Shown here: piece after piece, positions 36,537 to 46,383 of the stretch
How the letters are laid out: each line of letters begins with the position of its first letter
How positions within the stretch are numbered: position 1 is the first letter of the stretch
NCBI GenBank assembly: GCA_963798255.1
Contig: CAWCSM010000007.1
Location: forward strand, 364,274 to 428,273
Direction: 5' to 3'
Length of the DNA stretch: 64,000 bases
DNA from: an uncultured beta proteobacterium
GTDB taxonomy: Bacteria > Pseudomonadota > Gammaproteobacteria > Burkholderiales > Burkholderiaceae_C
Program-made: the position numbers and the translations under genes
Notes under the pieces: model-generated
What the model was told of the DNA's origin: nothing
The model's input: the letters and a program-made list of their open reading frames with translations, nothing else
Databases searched by the model: none

Positions 36537-39116
36537 TCAGGATGTCACCGCGTTGTTCAGCAGGGGATCGCCCAGCGCCTCGGCCGTGTTGTCGGAGCCC
36601 GGGGTGTCGCTTCGGATCGGCGTTTCGACCGGCAGGGTGAAGGTGAAACGGCACCCCGACACGGCGTCGCCATTGTAGAGGTTCTGCGCGCGCATCCGGC
36701 CGCGGTGCGACTCGACGATGCTGCGGCACAGCGACAAGCCGATGCCCAGGCCCTCGGCCTTGGTCGAGAAGAACGATTCGTAGAGCCGCGCAATGACTTC
36801 GCCCTGCAAGCCCGGCCCCATGTCGGTGACGCTGAATTCGATGACGCCGCCTTCGTCAGCGGTGTGGCGTGGCACCACGCGCAGTTCGATGCTGCGCCGC
36901 GAGGCCGGCAGCTGCGCCATGTCGATGGCCTCGGCCGCGTTCTTCAGCAGGTTCATCAGCACCTGCTCGATCAGGATCGGATCGACCATCAGCATCGGCA
37001 GGCGCTGCGCCACGTAGGTGCGGATGGCGACATTGCGGCGGCGCATCTCGAAGCTGGCCAGTTCGACCGCGTCCTCGACGATCTGCCGCGCATGGGCCGG
37101 TTGGCGTTGCGGCTCGCTTTTCTTGACGAAGGCGCGGATGCGGCGAATCGTCTGTCCGGCACGCTCGGCCTGGCGCGCGGTCTTGCGCAGCGCGGCCACC
37201 AGGTCGGCCTTGTCGATGGTGTCGGCATTGACGCGCGAGACCATGCCGTTGCAGTAGTTCGTGATCGCCGTCAGCGGCTGGTTCAGCTCGTGCGCCACCG
37301 ACGAGGCCATTTCGCCCATCGTCACCAGCCGGCTGGTGACGCGCGCCTTTTCGGCTTGCGTGGCGGCTTGTTCCTCGGCACGCAGCCGCGCGGTGATGTC
37401 GGTGGCGATGAGCATCTGCGCCAGCCGGCCGTCGGTCCACTGCAGGTAGCGTGAACGCACGTCGAACCATTTGCGCAGGGCCTCGACATAGACCTCGCGC
37501 GGGTCGGACCCCGATTCGGTGATCTCCTGCGTCGGCAGGCCCGACAGGCCATCGACCAGGTCTTCGACGTCGGGCACGTAGGCGGGTGCGCCGGTGCTGC
37601 CGGCCAGCGCATCATGGCCGCGCGCATCGGCACCGAACCACAGGCGGTACGAGCGGTTGGCGAACAGCAGCTCGCCTTGCGGCACCGACAGCACCGATAC
37701 CGACGCATCGAGACCCTCGAGCACGGTGGTGAAGCGCTCGTGCGAGGCCGACAGCTGGTCGCGGATGCGCTTGGCTTCGGTGATGTTGGTCATCGAGGTC
37801 ATCCAGCCGGTCTGCTGGCCGCGCGGGTCGATCAGCGGCGAGACGTACATGCGCGCATCGAACAGCGAGCCGTCCTTGCGCATCACGCGCACCTCGATGC
37901 CGCCGGCCGGGCTGCGGCCGTGCAGCTCCTGCTGCAACAGGCGGGCGTTTTCGTCGATGTGGTCGTTGGGCCAGTACGGAAACGGCGGCATCTGGCCGAG
38001 CAGCGCGCCTTCCGAGAAGCCGGTCATCGCGCAGAACGCAGCATTGACGTAGGTGATGCGCCCCTCCAGGTCCATCGCGCGCATGCCGGTGAGCATGGAG
38101 TTTTCCATCGCGCGGCGGAAGTTCGTTTCCTGCACCAGCGCGGCCTGGATCTGCGAGCGCCGCCGCAGGTGCCGCCAACTGCCCAGCAGCATCCACACCG
38201 TCAGCACCGACAGCGCCACCACCATCCAGAACAGCGTGTTGCTGATCAGCCCGATCGAGTTGCGGTAGCCCACACCGCGCAGCACCAGGGCGTTGGCGGT
38301 CGGCGCCAACGGCACGTCGTACAGGATCGGCGAACGCAGCGTGGTCTGCTGGCCGGGCATCGGCGTGACGGTGCTGGCCAGCACCGCATTGCTGGCGTCG
38401 ACGACCGAGATCGCATGCCGGCGCGACACGTCGCTGGGCACGAAGTAGCGCAGCAGCGCTTCGACGGAATATTCGGCCAGCAAGGTGCCGACGAAGGTGT
38501 TGCGCGCGATCAGCGGCACCTGGATCTGGAACACGGTGGTGCCGGTGGCATCGACGAAGGCCTGTGAATAGACCGGCTGGCGCGCCTGGCGCGCCTTGTC
38601 GAAGGCCGCGGCGACGGCCGGTTCGCCTTGCGCCAGTGTCGGGTCGCTGATGTCGCCACCCCATTGGTTGTCGCCCCGGTACGGCGTCGCCCAGTGGCGC
38701 GCCTGCGGGATGCGGTTGGCATCCAGCCAGGCGACCTTGGTGATGGCCGGGCGCTCGCTGGCGAAGCCGGCGGCCTGGGCGATGAAATCGGTGGCCCGCA
38801 TTTCGCCCTGCATCAGATCACCGGCCATGCGCACCAGCCGCTCCTGGTTCTCGATCAGGTGCACGCGAATTTGCTGTTGGGTGATCTCGGTATCGCGCTT
38901 GACCGATTCGGCCTCGCGTTCGACCTCCTCGTTGCGCAGGTACCAGAAGGCGGAAATGATGGCCGCCAGGAACAAGAGCACTGACACCAGCGGGGCGGCG
39001 GTGACAAGACGGTCCTGCCGCGCCGGCGTCTGCCGTCGCCACCAAGCGGCCATCTGACGCCGTGACCGTTGCCAGCGGGTCGGCGCTTCGCTCGCAGGCG
39101 TCTGTGGGGCTTGCAT
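36537..39116 (-). CDS. fixL: Membrane PAS-domain sensor histidine kinase (Burkholderiales FixL-like)
   Basis: Two TMs around a periplasmic domain, two PAS-like segments, H-box AHELNQPL, N-box QVLMNLLKNA, DMGPG and GLGIGL. Divergent from aceE. Confidence 0.82.
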   Translation of the reverse strand: MQAPQTPASEAPTRWQRSRRQMAAWWRRQTPARQDRLVTAAPLVSVLLFLAAIISAFWYLRNEEVEREAESVKRDTEITQQQIRVHLIENQERLVRMAGDLMQGEMRATDFIAQAAGFASERPAITKVAWLDANRIPQARHWATPYRGDNQWGGDISDPTLAQGEPAVAAAFDKARQARQPVYSQAFVDATGTTVFQIQVPLIARNTFVGTLLAEYSVEALLRYFVPSDVSRRHAISVVDASNAVLASTVTPMPGQQTTLRSPILYDVPLAPTANALVLRGVGYRNSIGLISNTLFWMVVALSVLTVWMLLGSWRHLRRRSQIQAALVQETNFRRAMENSMLTGMRAMDLEGRITYVNAAFCAMTGFSEGALLGQMPPFPYWPNDHIDENARLLQQELHGRSPAGGIEVRVMRKDGSLFDARMYVSPLIDPRGQQTGWMTSMTNITEAKRIRDQLSASHERFTTVLEGLDASVSVLSVPQGELLFANRSYRLWFGADARGHDALAGSTGAPAYVPDVEDLVDGLSGLPTQEITESGSDPREVYVEALRKWFDVRSRYLQWTDGRLAQMLIATDITARLRAEEQAATQAEKARVTSRLVTMGEMASSVAHELNQPLTAITNYCNGMVSRVNADTIDKADLVAALRKTARQAERAGQTIRRIRAFVKKSEPQRQPAHARQIVEDAVELASFEMRRRNVAIRTYVAQRLPMLMVDPILIEQVLMNLLKNAAEAIDMAQLPASRRSIELRVVPRHTADEGGVIEFSVTDMGPGLQGEVIARLYESFFSTKAEGLGIGLSLCRSIVESHRGRMRAQNLYNGDAVSGCRFTFTLPVETPIRSDTPGSDNTAEALGDPLLNNAVTS

Positions 39117-39269
39117 GGGCGCATTATCCGAGTGCGCTCGCGCGTTGCCTTCGCCCACTTGTTCTTGTCACTATATAAAACGCAGATGCACTATTTGAAA
39201 TTTTCATCATGCTGTGGCAAACTAGCGGCGCTGCAAGAATGACCTCGAGACCACGATAAGGAGACAACC

Positions 39270-41999
39270 ATGTCCGCCATGCCCGAGCCCAGCCGTGACC
39301 CGTCCGCCGACGACGTCGATCCCCAGGAAACGCGTGAGTGGCTCGATGCACTGAACGCGGTCATCGGTGCCGAGGGCGGTGAACGTGCCCACTTCCTGCT
39401 CGAACAACTGATCGAGGAAGCGCGACAGAACGGCATCGACATGCCGTTTTCGGCGAAGACGGGTTACGTCAACACCATCGAGCCCGCCGACGAGGAACAC
39501 AGCCCCGGCAACCTCGAACTCGAAGGCCGCCTGCGCGCCTACATGCGCTGGAACGCGATGGCGCTGGTGGTCAAGGCCAACCGACATGATCCGGCCGACG
39601 GCGGTGACCTCGGGGGTCACATCAGCAGCTTCGCGTCGGTGGCGCACATGTTCGCCGCCGGCTTCAACCATTTCTGGCATGCCGAAAGCGAGGGCCACGG
39701 TGGTGACCTGCTGTACATCCAAGGTCACAGCGCGCCGGGCATCTATGCGCGCGCCTTCATGGAAGGTCGCCTGAGCGAGGAGCAACTGCTCAACTTCCGC
39801 CAGGAGGTGGGCGGCAAGGGCGTGTCGAGCTATCCGCACCCGAAGCTGATGCCCGAGTTCTGGCAGTTCCCGACCGTGTCGATGGGCCTGGGCCCGTTGA
39901 TGGCGATCTACCAGGCGCGCTTCCTGAAGTACCTGCATGCGCGGGGCATCGCCGACACCGCCAACCGCAAGGTGTGGGTGTTCTGCGGCGACGGCGAGAT
40001 GGACGAGCCCGAGTCGCTCGGCGCCATCGGGCTGGCGGCGCGCGAAAAGCTGGACAACCTGATCTTCGTCATCAATTGCAACCTGCAGCGCCTGGACGGC
40101 CCGGTGCGCGGCAACGGCAAGATCATCCAGGAGTTGGAAGGCGAGTTCCGCGGCTCGGGCTGGAACGTCATCAAGCTGATCTGGGGCGCCAACTGGGATC
40201 CGCTGCTGGCGCGCGACAAGGACGGCGCGCTGCGCAAGATCATGCTCGACACGCTCGACGGCGATTACCAGGCCTTCAAGGCCAACGACGGCGCCTTCGT
40301 GCGCAAGCATTTTTTCGGCCGTGACCCGCGCACCTTGGAGATGGTTGCCAAGATGAGCGACAAGGATGTGTGGAACCTGCGCCGCGGCGGCCACGATGCA
40401 CACAAGGTGCATGCCGCCTTCCACAGGGCCAACACGCATACCGGCCAGCCGACGGTGCTGCTGGTGAAAACGGTCAAGGGCTGGGGCATGGGCAGTGCCG
40501 GCGAAGGCAAGAACACTGCGCACCAGACGAAGAAGCTGACCGATGACGACATCCGCTTCTTCCGCGACCGCTTCAACATTCCGGTGCCCGACAGCGAATT
40601 GAGCAAGCTGCCCTTTGTCAAGCCGGCCGACGACACGCCGGAGATGAAGTACCTGCACGAACGTCGACAGGCGCTCGGCGGCTACCTGCCCAAGCGCCGC
40701 ACCAAGGCCGACGAGAGCTTCACCGTGCCGTCGCTTGGAACCTTCAAGGCGGTGCTCGATGCCACCGCCGAAGGGCGCGAGATCAGCACCACACAAGCGT
40801 TCGTGCGTTTCCTGACGCAGCTGCTTCGCGACAAGGCGCTGGGCCCGCGCGTGGTGCCGATCCTGGTCGACGAGGCGCGCACCTTCGGCATGGAGGGCCT
40901 CTTCCGCCAGATCGGCATCTACAACCCCGAGGGCCAGAAGTACACGCCGGTGGACAAGGAACAGGTGATGTACTACCGCGAGTCGATCGACGGGCAGGTG
41001 CTGCAGGAAGGCATCAACGAAGCCGGTGGCATGGCCAGCTGGATCGCCGCCGCCACCTCGTACTCGACCAACAACCGGGTCATGCTGCCTTTCTATGTGT
41101 ACTACTCGATGTTCGGCTTCCAGCGCATCGGCGACCTGGCCTGGGCCGCCGGCGACATGCAGGCGCGCGGCTTCCTGCTCGGTGGCACCAGCGGGCGCAC
41201 GACGCTGAACGGCGAAGGCCTGCAGCACGAAGACGGGCACAGCCACATCCTTGCCGGCACCATTCCCAACTGCGTCAGCTACGACCCCACCTTCGCGCAC
41301 GAGGTGGGGGTGATCCTGCACCACGGCCTGAAGCGCATGGTCGAGAAACAGGACAACGTGTACTTCTACCTGACCTTGCTGAACGAGAACTACCCGATGC
41401 CGGGCCTGAAGGCCGGTACCGAGGAGCAGATCATCAAGGGCATGTACCTGCTGGAAGAGGCTGCCCAGGCGCCGGCGAAGAAATCCTCGAAGGCCGTGCC
41501 GCTCGTGAACCTGCTTGGCAGCGGCACCATCCTGCGCGAATCACAGGCTGCCCGCCAGTTGCTGCTGGACGATTGGGGCGTGGCCGCCAACGTCTGGAGT
41601 TGCCCGAGCTTCAACGAACTCACCCGGGAAGGACAGGATTGCGAGCGCTGGAACCTGCTGCACCCGACCGACAAGCCGCGGGTGCCGTTCGTCACCCAGC
41701 AGCTCGAAGCGCACGCCGGTCCGGTGGTTGCGTCCACCGACTACATGAAGAACTACGCCGAGCAGATTCGCGCGTTCATCCCCAAGGGCCGGGCATACAA
41801 GGTGCTGGGCACCGACGGCTTCGGCCGCAGCGACTTCCGCAACAAGCTGCGTGAGCATTTCGAGATCGACCGTCACTACATCGTGGTGGCGGCGTTGAAG
41901 GCGCTGGCCGACGAGGGCGCCCTGCCGGCGGCCAAGGTGGCCGAGGCGCTGAAGAAATACGGCATCGACGTCGAGCGCATCAACCCGTTGCACGCCTGA
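39270..41999 (+). CDS. aceE: Pyruvate dehydrogenase E1 (homodimeric)
   Basis: DVDPQETREW, GGHISS, GDGEMDEPES, NCNLQRLDG and GTDGFGRSD. RBS is AGGAGA. Confidence 0.97.
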   Translation: MSAMPEPSRDPSADDVDPQETREWLDALNAVIGAEGGERAHFLLEQLIEEARQNGIDMPFSAKTGYVNTIEPADEEHSPGNLELEGRLRAYMRWNAMALVVKANRHDPADGGDLGGHISSFASVAHMFAAGFNHFWHAESEGHGGDLLYIQGHSAPGIYARAFMEGRLSEEQLLNFRQEVGGKGVSSYPHPKLMPEFWQFPTVSMGLGPLMAIYQARFLKYLHARGIADTANRKVWVFCGDGEMDEPESLGAIGLAAREKLDNLIFVINCNLQRLDGPVRGNGKIIQELEGEFRGSGWNVIKLIWGANWDPLLARDKDGALRKIMLDTLDGDYQAFKANDGAFVRKHFFGRDPRTLEMVAKMSDKDVWNLRRGGHDAHKVHAAFHRANTHTGQPTVLLVKTVKGWGMGSAGEGKNTAHQTKKLTDDDIRFFRDRFNIPVPDSELSKLPFVKPADDTPEMKYLHERRQALGGYLPKRRTKADESFTVPSLGTFKAVLDATAEGREISTTQAFVRFLTQLLRDKALGPRVVPILVDEARTFGMEGLFRQIGIYNPEGQKYTPVDKEQVMYYRESIDGQVLQEGINEAGGMASWIAAATSYSTNNRVMLPFYVYYSMFGFQRIGDLAWAAGDMQARGFLLGGTSGRTTLNGEGLQHEDGHSHILAGTIPNCVSYDPTFAHEVGVILHHGLKRMVEKQDNVYFYLTLLNENYPMPGLKAGTEEQIIKGMYLLEEAAQAPAKKSSKAVPLVNLLGSGTILRESQAARQLLLDDWGVAANVWSCPSFNELTREGQDCERWNLLHPTDKPRVPFVTQQLEAHAGPVVASTDYMKNYAEQIRAFIPKGRAYKVLGTDGFGRSDFRNKLREHFEIDRHYIVVAALKALADEGALPAAKVAEALKKYGIDVERINPLHA

Positions 42000-42032
42000 G
42001 CCCGAGTCAACAAGAAAACACGGAGACGACGC

Positions 42033-43685
42033 ATGGCCCTGGTCGAAGTCAAGGTTCCCGACATCGGGGACTTCAAGGAAGTCGAGATCATCGAACTGCT
42101 GGTCAAGCCCGGCGACACGGTGAAGGTGGAGCAATCGCTGATCACGGTGGAATCGGACAAGGCATCGATGGAGATTCCGTCCTCGACCGCCGGCGTGGTC
42201 AAGGAGCTGAAGGTCAAGCTCGGTGACAAGGTCAGCGAAGGCACGCCTTTGTTGATGCTCGAGGCTGCCGAGACCAGCGATGCGCCGGCCGCGGCGCCGA
42301 GGCCCGCCGATGAGGCGAAGCCGGCGGCCGAACCGGCAGCACCGGCAGCGGAGACCGCGGCGCCCGTGGCGGCGCCGCAAGGGGGTGGTCCGGTCGACAT
42401 TGTGGTGCCCGACATCGGCGATTTCGACGAGGTGGCGGTGATCGAACTGCTGGTGCAGCCCGGCGATGACATCGCCGTAGAGCAAAGCCTGATCACGGTG
42501 GAATCGGACAAGGCTTCGATGGAAATTCCGTCGTCGCATGCCGGCAAGCTGATGACGCTGAAAGTCAAGCTCGGCGACAAGGTGTCCAAGGGCACACTGA
42601 TCGCCGTCATCGAAGCGGCCGCAGGCCAGGCCGCCGCTTCGCCAGCGCCTTCTGCGCCTTCTGCACCGGCGCCCACGGCTGCCGGCGCTCCCCCCGCAAC
42701 CAAGCCTGCGGATGCACCGGCCGCGATGCCCGCACACCAGCCGACGACGCCGAGCGCCACGTTGCCGCACGCGTCCCCCTCGATCCGCCGCTATGCGCGC
42801 GAACTCGGCGTGCCACTGGACAAGGTCAAGGGCAGCGGGCCGAAGGGCCGCATCACGCAGACCGACGTGCAGACCTTCGTCAAGGGCGTGATGGCCGACA
42901 CCGCCGCGCCCAGGGCGGCTGCAGCGCCCGCCGGCGGCAGCCTGCCGGGCTTGCTGCCGTGGCCGCAGGTGGACTTCAGCAAGTTCGGCCCGGTCGAACG
43001 CAAGCCGCTGAGCCGCATCAAGAAGATCAGCGGCGCGAATCTGCATCGCAACTGGGTCGTGATCCCGCATGTCACCAACCATGACGATGCCGATATCACC
43101 GAGCTCGAAGCCTTCCGTGTCGCCACCAACAAGGAAAACGAGAAGAACGAAAAGGCAGGCATCAAGGTGACGATGCTCGCCTTCCTGATCAAGGCCTGCG
43201 TCGCGGCACTCAAGAAGTTTCCCGATTTCAACGCCTCGCTCGACGGCGACGAGGTGGTGCTGAAGCAGTACTTCCACATCGGCTTTGCCGCCGACACGCC
43301 GAACGGCTTGATGGTGCCGGTGATCAAGGACGCCGACAAGAAGGGCGTGCTGCAGATCAGCCAGGAGATGAGCGAACTGGCGAAGAAGGCGCGCGACGGC
43401 AAGCTCGGCCCCAACGACATGGCCGGCGGCTGCTTTTCGATCAGCTCGCTGGGTGGCATAGGCGGGCGCTACTTCACGCCGATCATCAACGCACCCGAGG
43501 TCGCGATCCTGGGCGTGTGCCGCAGCAACATCGAACCGCGCTGGGACGGCAAGGCTTTCCAGCCGCGGCTGATGCTGCCGTTGAGCCTGAGCTGGGACCA
43601 CCGTGCGGTGGACGGCGCCGCTGCGGCGCGCTTCAACGCCTATCTCGGTGCGATCCTGGCGGATTTCCGCCGCGTGTTGCTTTAG
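42033..43685 (+). CDS. aceF: Dihydrolipoamide acetyltransferase E2 with two lipoyl domains
   Basis: Two ESDKASME lipoyl motifs, HASPSIRR PSBD and catalytic DHRAVDG. Confidence 0.96.
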   Translation: MALVEVKVPDIGDFKEVEIIELLVKPGDTVKVEQSLITVESDKASMEIPSSTAGVVKELKVKLGDKVSEGTPLLMLEAAETSDAPAAAPRPADEAKPAAEPAAPAAETAAPVAAPQGGGPVDIVVPDIGDFDEVAVIELLVQPGDDIAVEQSLITVESDKASMEIPSSHAGKLMTLKVKLGDKVSKGTLIAVIEAAAGQAAASPAPSAPSAPAPTAAGAPPATKPADAPAAMPAHQPTTPSATLPHASPSIRRYARELGVPLDKVKGSGPKGRITQTDVQTFVKGVMADTAAPRAAAAPAGGSLPGLLPWPQVDFSKFGPVERKPLSRIKKISGANLHRNWVVIPHVTNHDDADITELEAFRVATNKENEKNEKAGIKVTMLAFLIKACVAALKKFPDFNASLDGDEVVLKQYFHIGFAADTPNGLMVPVIKDADKKGVLQISQEMSELAKKARDGKLGPNDMAGGCFSISSLGGIGGRYFTPIINAPEVAILGVCRSNIEPRWDGKAFQPRLMLPLSLSWDHRAVDGAAAARFNAYLGAILADFRRVLL

Positions 43686-43697
43686 CAGGAGCGGAAC

Positions 43698-45485
43698 ATG
43701 GCACTCATCGAAGTGAAGGTTCCGGACATCGGCGACTTCAAGGACGTGGCGGTCATCGAACTGCTGGTCAAGCCGGGCGATGTGGTGAAGGTCGAGCAGA
43801 GCCTGGTGACGGTTGAAAGCGACAAGGCGTCAATGGAGATTCCGTCGGCGGCGGCCGGCGTGGTGAAGGAGCTGAAGGTCAAGATCGGTGACACCGTCAA
43901 TGAAGGCAGCTTGTTGTTGGTGCTCGAAGCCGATGCGGCCGCGACGCCAAGCGCGCCCTCAGCCCAACCGTCTCCTTCGAAGGGAGAGGGGGCAAAGCCG
44001 GTGCCAGCGCCTGTCGTCCCGGCACCCGCCGCCAGCCATGCCGGTGGCGCTGATCTGGAGTGCGACATGCTCGTGCTCGGCGCCGGACCGGGCGGTTATT
44101 CGGCCGCGTTCCGCGCCGCCGATCTGGGCATGAAGGTGGTGCTGGTCGAGCGCTATGCCACGCTCGGCGGCGTGTGTCTGAACGTCGGCTGCATTCCGTC
44201 GAAGGCACTGCTGCATGTGGCGGCGGTGATGGACGAGGTCAGCCACTTCGCCGCGCTCGGCGTCAGCTACGGCGACCCGACCATCGACCCGGCCAAGCTG
44301 CTGGCGCACAAGAACAAGGTGGTGGGCAAGCTCACCGGCGGGCTCACGGCGATGGCCAAGATGCGCAAGGTGACGGTGCTGCGCGGCCAAGGCAGCTTCA
44401 TCGACCCGCATCACCTGAAGGTCGAAGAAACTTCCGGCGAAGCCCAGGAAAAGACCGGCCAGTCGCAGGTGGTGCAATTCAAGCAATGCATCATCGCCGC
44501 CGGTTCGCAGGCGATGCACCTGCCTTTCCTGCCCGACGACCCGCGCATCGTCGATTCCACTGGCGCGCTCGAGTTGCGTCAGACGCCCCAGCGCATGCTG
44601 ATCGTCGGCGGCGGCATCATCGGCCTGGAAATGGGCACCGTGTATTCGACGCTCGGCGCGCGGCTGGATGTGGTGGAGATGCTCGACGGTCTGATGCTCG
44701 GCGCCGACCGCGACCTGGTCCGGGTGTGGCAGAAGATGAACGCGCCGCGCTTCGATCACATCATGCTGAAGACGAAGACCGTGGGTGCGAAAGCCACGCC
44801 AGACGGCATTCTGGTCAGCTTCGAAGGCGAGGGCGCGCCCAAGGAGCCGCAGCTGTACGACCTGGTGCTGCAGGCCGTGGGACGCACACCGAACGGTCTG
44901 CGCATTGGCGCCGACAAGGCCGGCGTGAGCGTCGGCGAACGCGGCTTCATTCCGGTCGACGTGCAGATGCGCACCAACGTCGCGCACATCTTCGCCATCG
45001 GCGACATCGTCGGCCAGCCGATGCTGGCGCACAAGGCGGTGCACGAAGCGCATGTCGCGGCCGAGGTCGCCGCCGGCGACAGCAAGGCGCGCTTCGATGC
45101 GCGTGTGATCCCGAGCGTGGCCTACACCGACCCGGAGGTGGCCTGGGTCGGCCTGACCGAGGACGAAGCCAAGTCCCAGGGCATCGCGCTGAAGAAGGGC
45201 CTGTTTCCGTGGACCGCCTCGGGCCGCGCCATCGCCAACGGCCGCGACGAGGGCTTCACCAAGCTGTTGTTCGATGCACAAACGCACCGCATCCTCGGTG
45301 GCGGCATTGTCGGCACACACGCCGGCGACATGATCGGCGAGGTGGCGCTGGCCATCGAGATGGGCGCCGACGAGGTGGACATCGGCAAGACCATCCATCC
45401 GCATCCGACGCTGGGCGAAAGCATCGGGTTGGCCGCCGAAGTGGCCCACGGCAGCTGCACCGACCTGCCGCCCGCGAGAAAGTGA
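43698..45485 (+). CDS. lpdA: Dihydrolipoamide dehydrogenase E3 with an N-terminal lipoyl domain
   Basis: ESDKASME lipoyl domain, then GAGPGG, GGVCLNVGCIPSK and HPHPTLGE. Confidence 0.96.
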   Translation: MALIEVKVPDIGDFKDVAVIELLVKPGDVVKVEQSLVTVESDKASMEIPSAAAGVVKELKVKIGDTVNEGSLLLVLEADAAATPSAPSAQPSPSKGEGAKPVPAPVVPAPAASHAGGADLECDMLVLGAGPGGYSAAFRAADLGMKVVLVERYATLGGVCLNVGCIPSKALLHVAAVMDEVSHFAALGVSYGDPTIDPAKLLAHKNKVVGKLTGGLTAMAKMRKVTVLRGQGSFIDPHHLKVEETSGEAQEKTGQSQVVQFKQCIIAAGSQAMHLPFLPDDPRIVDSTGALELRQTPQRMLIVGGGIIGLEMGTVYSTLGARLDVVEMLDGLMLGADRDLVRVWQKMNAPRFDHIMLKTKTVGAKATPDGILVSFEGEGAPKEPQLYDLVLQAVGRTPNGLRIGADKAGVSVGERGFIPVDVQMRTNVAHIFAIGDIVGQPMLAHKAVHEAHVAAEVAAGDSKARFDARVIPSVAYTDPEVAWVGLTEDEAKSQGIALKKGLFPWTASGRAIANGRDEGFTKLLFDAQTHRILGGGIVGTHAGDMIGEVALAIEMGADEVDIGKTIHPHPTLGESIGLAAEVAHGSCTDLPPARK

Positions 45486-45668
45486 GCTTGCCGCCGCGGC
45501 AAGCCTGAATGCGCGCGCCGCGACAGGCAACGTGCGTCCTTGGCGCACAGCGTTGCGCTGCGTCGCCGCAGCCTCAAGTCGAGGCCGGTCCTGCCGAAGC
45601 AGGCAGGGCGGCCATCGCGGGCCAGAGGGTCCGCGGCGGGTCGCGCTTTGCGACCCAGCCTCTGAACC

Positions 45669-46370
45669 GTGCCCGCCACTCGTGTCTGCAATGTCCCGCG
45701 ATCGAGATGGCCGGCCACGCTGTCGGCTCTGTCGTTGATGTTTTGCGCGGCGGTCTGGTCGGCCGGCCCCGCTTGGACTTTCGACGACACCCGCCTGCAG
45801 CGCGGCGCAAAGCTCGCCGGCACGCAGGCGCAGCAGGCGCTGGAGCGCCTGCTGCCGCTGCTGCGTTCAGCACGCGCGCAGCCGCCGCGCGAGCAGTTGC
45901 GCGCGGTGAATCGCTTCTTCAACGAGGAGCTGCGTTTCGCCCCCGACAGTCAGGTGTGGGCCGTCGAGGACCACTGGGCCAGCCCTCTGCAGGCGCTGCA
46001 GAAGGGCGCCGGTGACTGCGAGGATTACGCCATCGCCAAGTACTTCAGCCTGCTCGCCGTCGGCATGCCGGCCGCGCGTCTGCGGCTGGTCTATGTGCGC
46101 GCGCGGCTGCCCGATGGCAGCGCCCAGGCGCACATGGTGCTGGCCTACCATGGCCCCGACGATGGCGAAGAAGGGGAGGTGCTGATCCTGGACAACCTCA
46201 TCGACGAGATCGAACCCGCTACCCGCCGTGCTGACCTGAGCCCCGTCTTCAGTTTCAACAGCGAAGGCTTGTGGCAAGGTGCGGGCTCGGTCGCCGCGGG
46301 GAACCCGCTCGTGCGCCTGACACGCTGGCGTGATGTGGTGGTCCGCGCCCACGCCGAAGGATTTCCGTGA
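45669..46370 (+). CDS. lapG: Transglutaminase-like periplasmic cysteine protease LapG (start approximate)
   Basis: Signal peptide, VNRFFN, GDCEDYAIAKY, HMVL and LDN (Cys-His-Asp triad). Confidence 0.9.
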   Translation: MPATRVCNVPRSRWPATLSALSLMFCAAVWSAGPAWTFDDTRLQRGAKLAGTQAQQALERLLPLLRSARAQPPREQLRAVNRFFNEELRFAPDSQVWAVEDHWASPLQALQKGAGDCEDYAIAKYFSLLAVGMPAARLRLVYVRARLPDGSAQAHMVLAYHGPDDGEEGEVLILDNLIDEIEPATRRADLSPVFSFNSEGLWQGAGSVAAGNPLVRLTRWRDVVVRAHAEGFP

Positions 46371-46383
46371 GGGCCCATTGCAC

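Noticed and set aside
26479-39197. Shared 10-mer GCACTATTTG in the phaP (26479) and aceE (39188) upstream regions
   Set aside because: Only 10 bp, non-palindromic, and in aceE it lacks the TGC-N3-GCA PhaR pattern, so it is too weak to call a shared operator.
45486-45668. c-di-GMP riboswitch upstream of lapG
   Set aside because: The conserved GEMM elements (GGCAAA, GNRA tetraloop with receptor) are not recognisable; kept only as an unassigned structured region.
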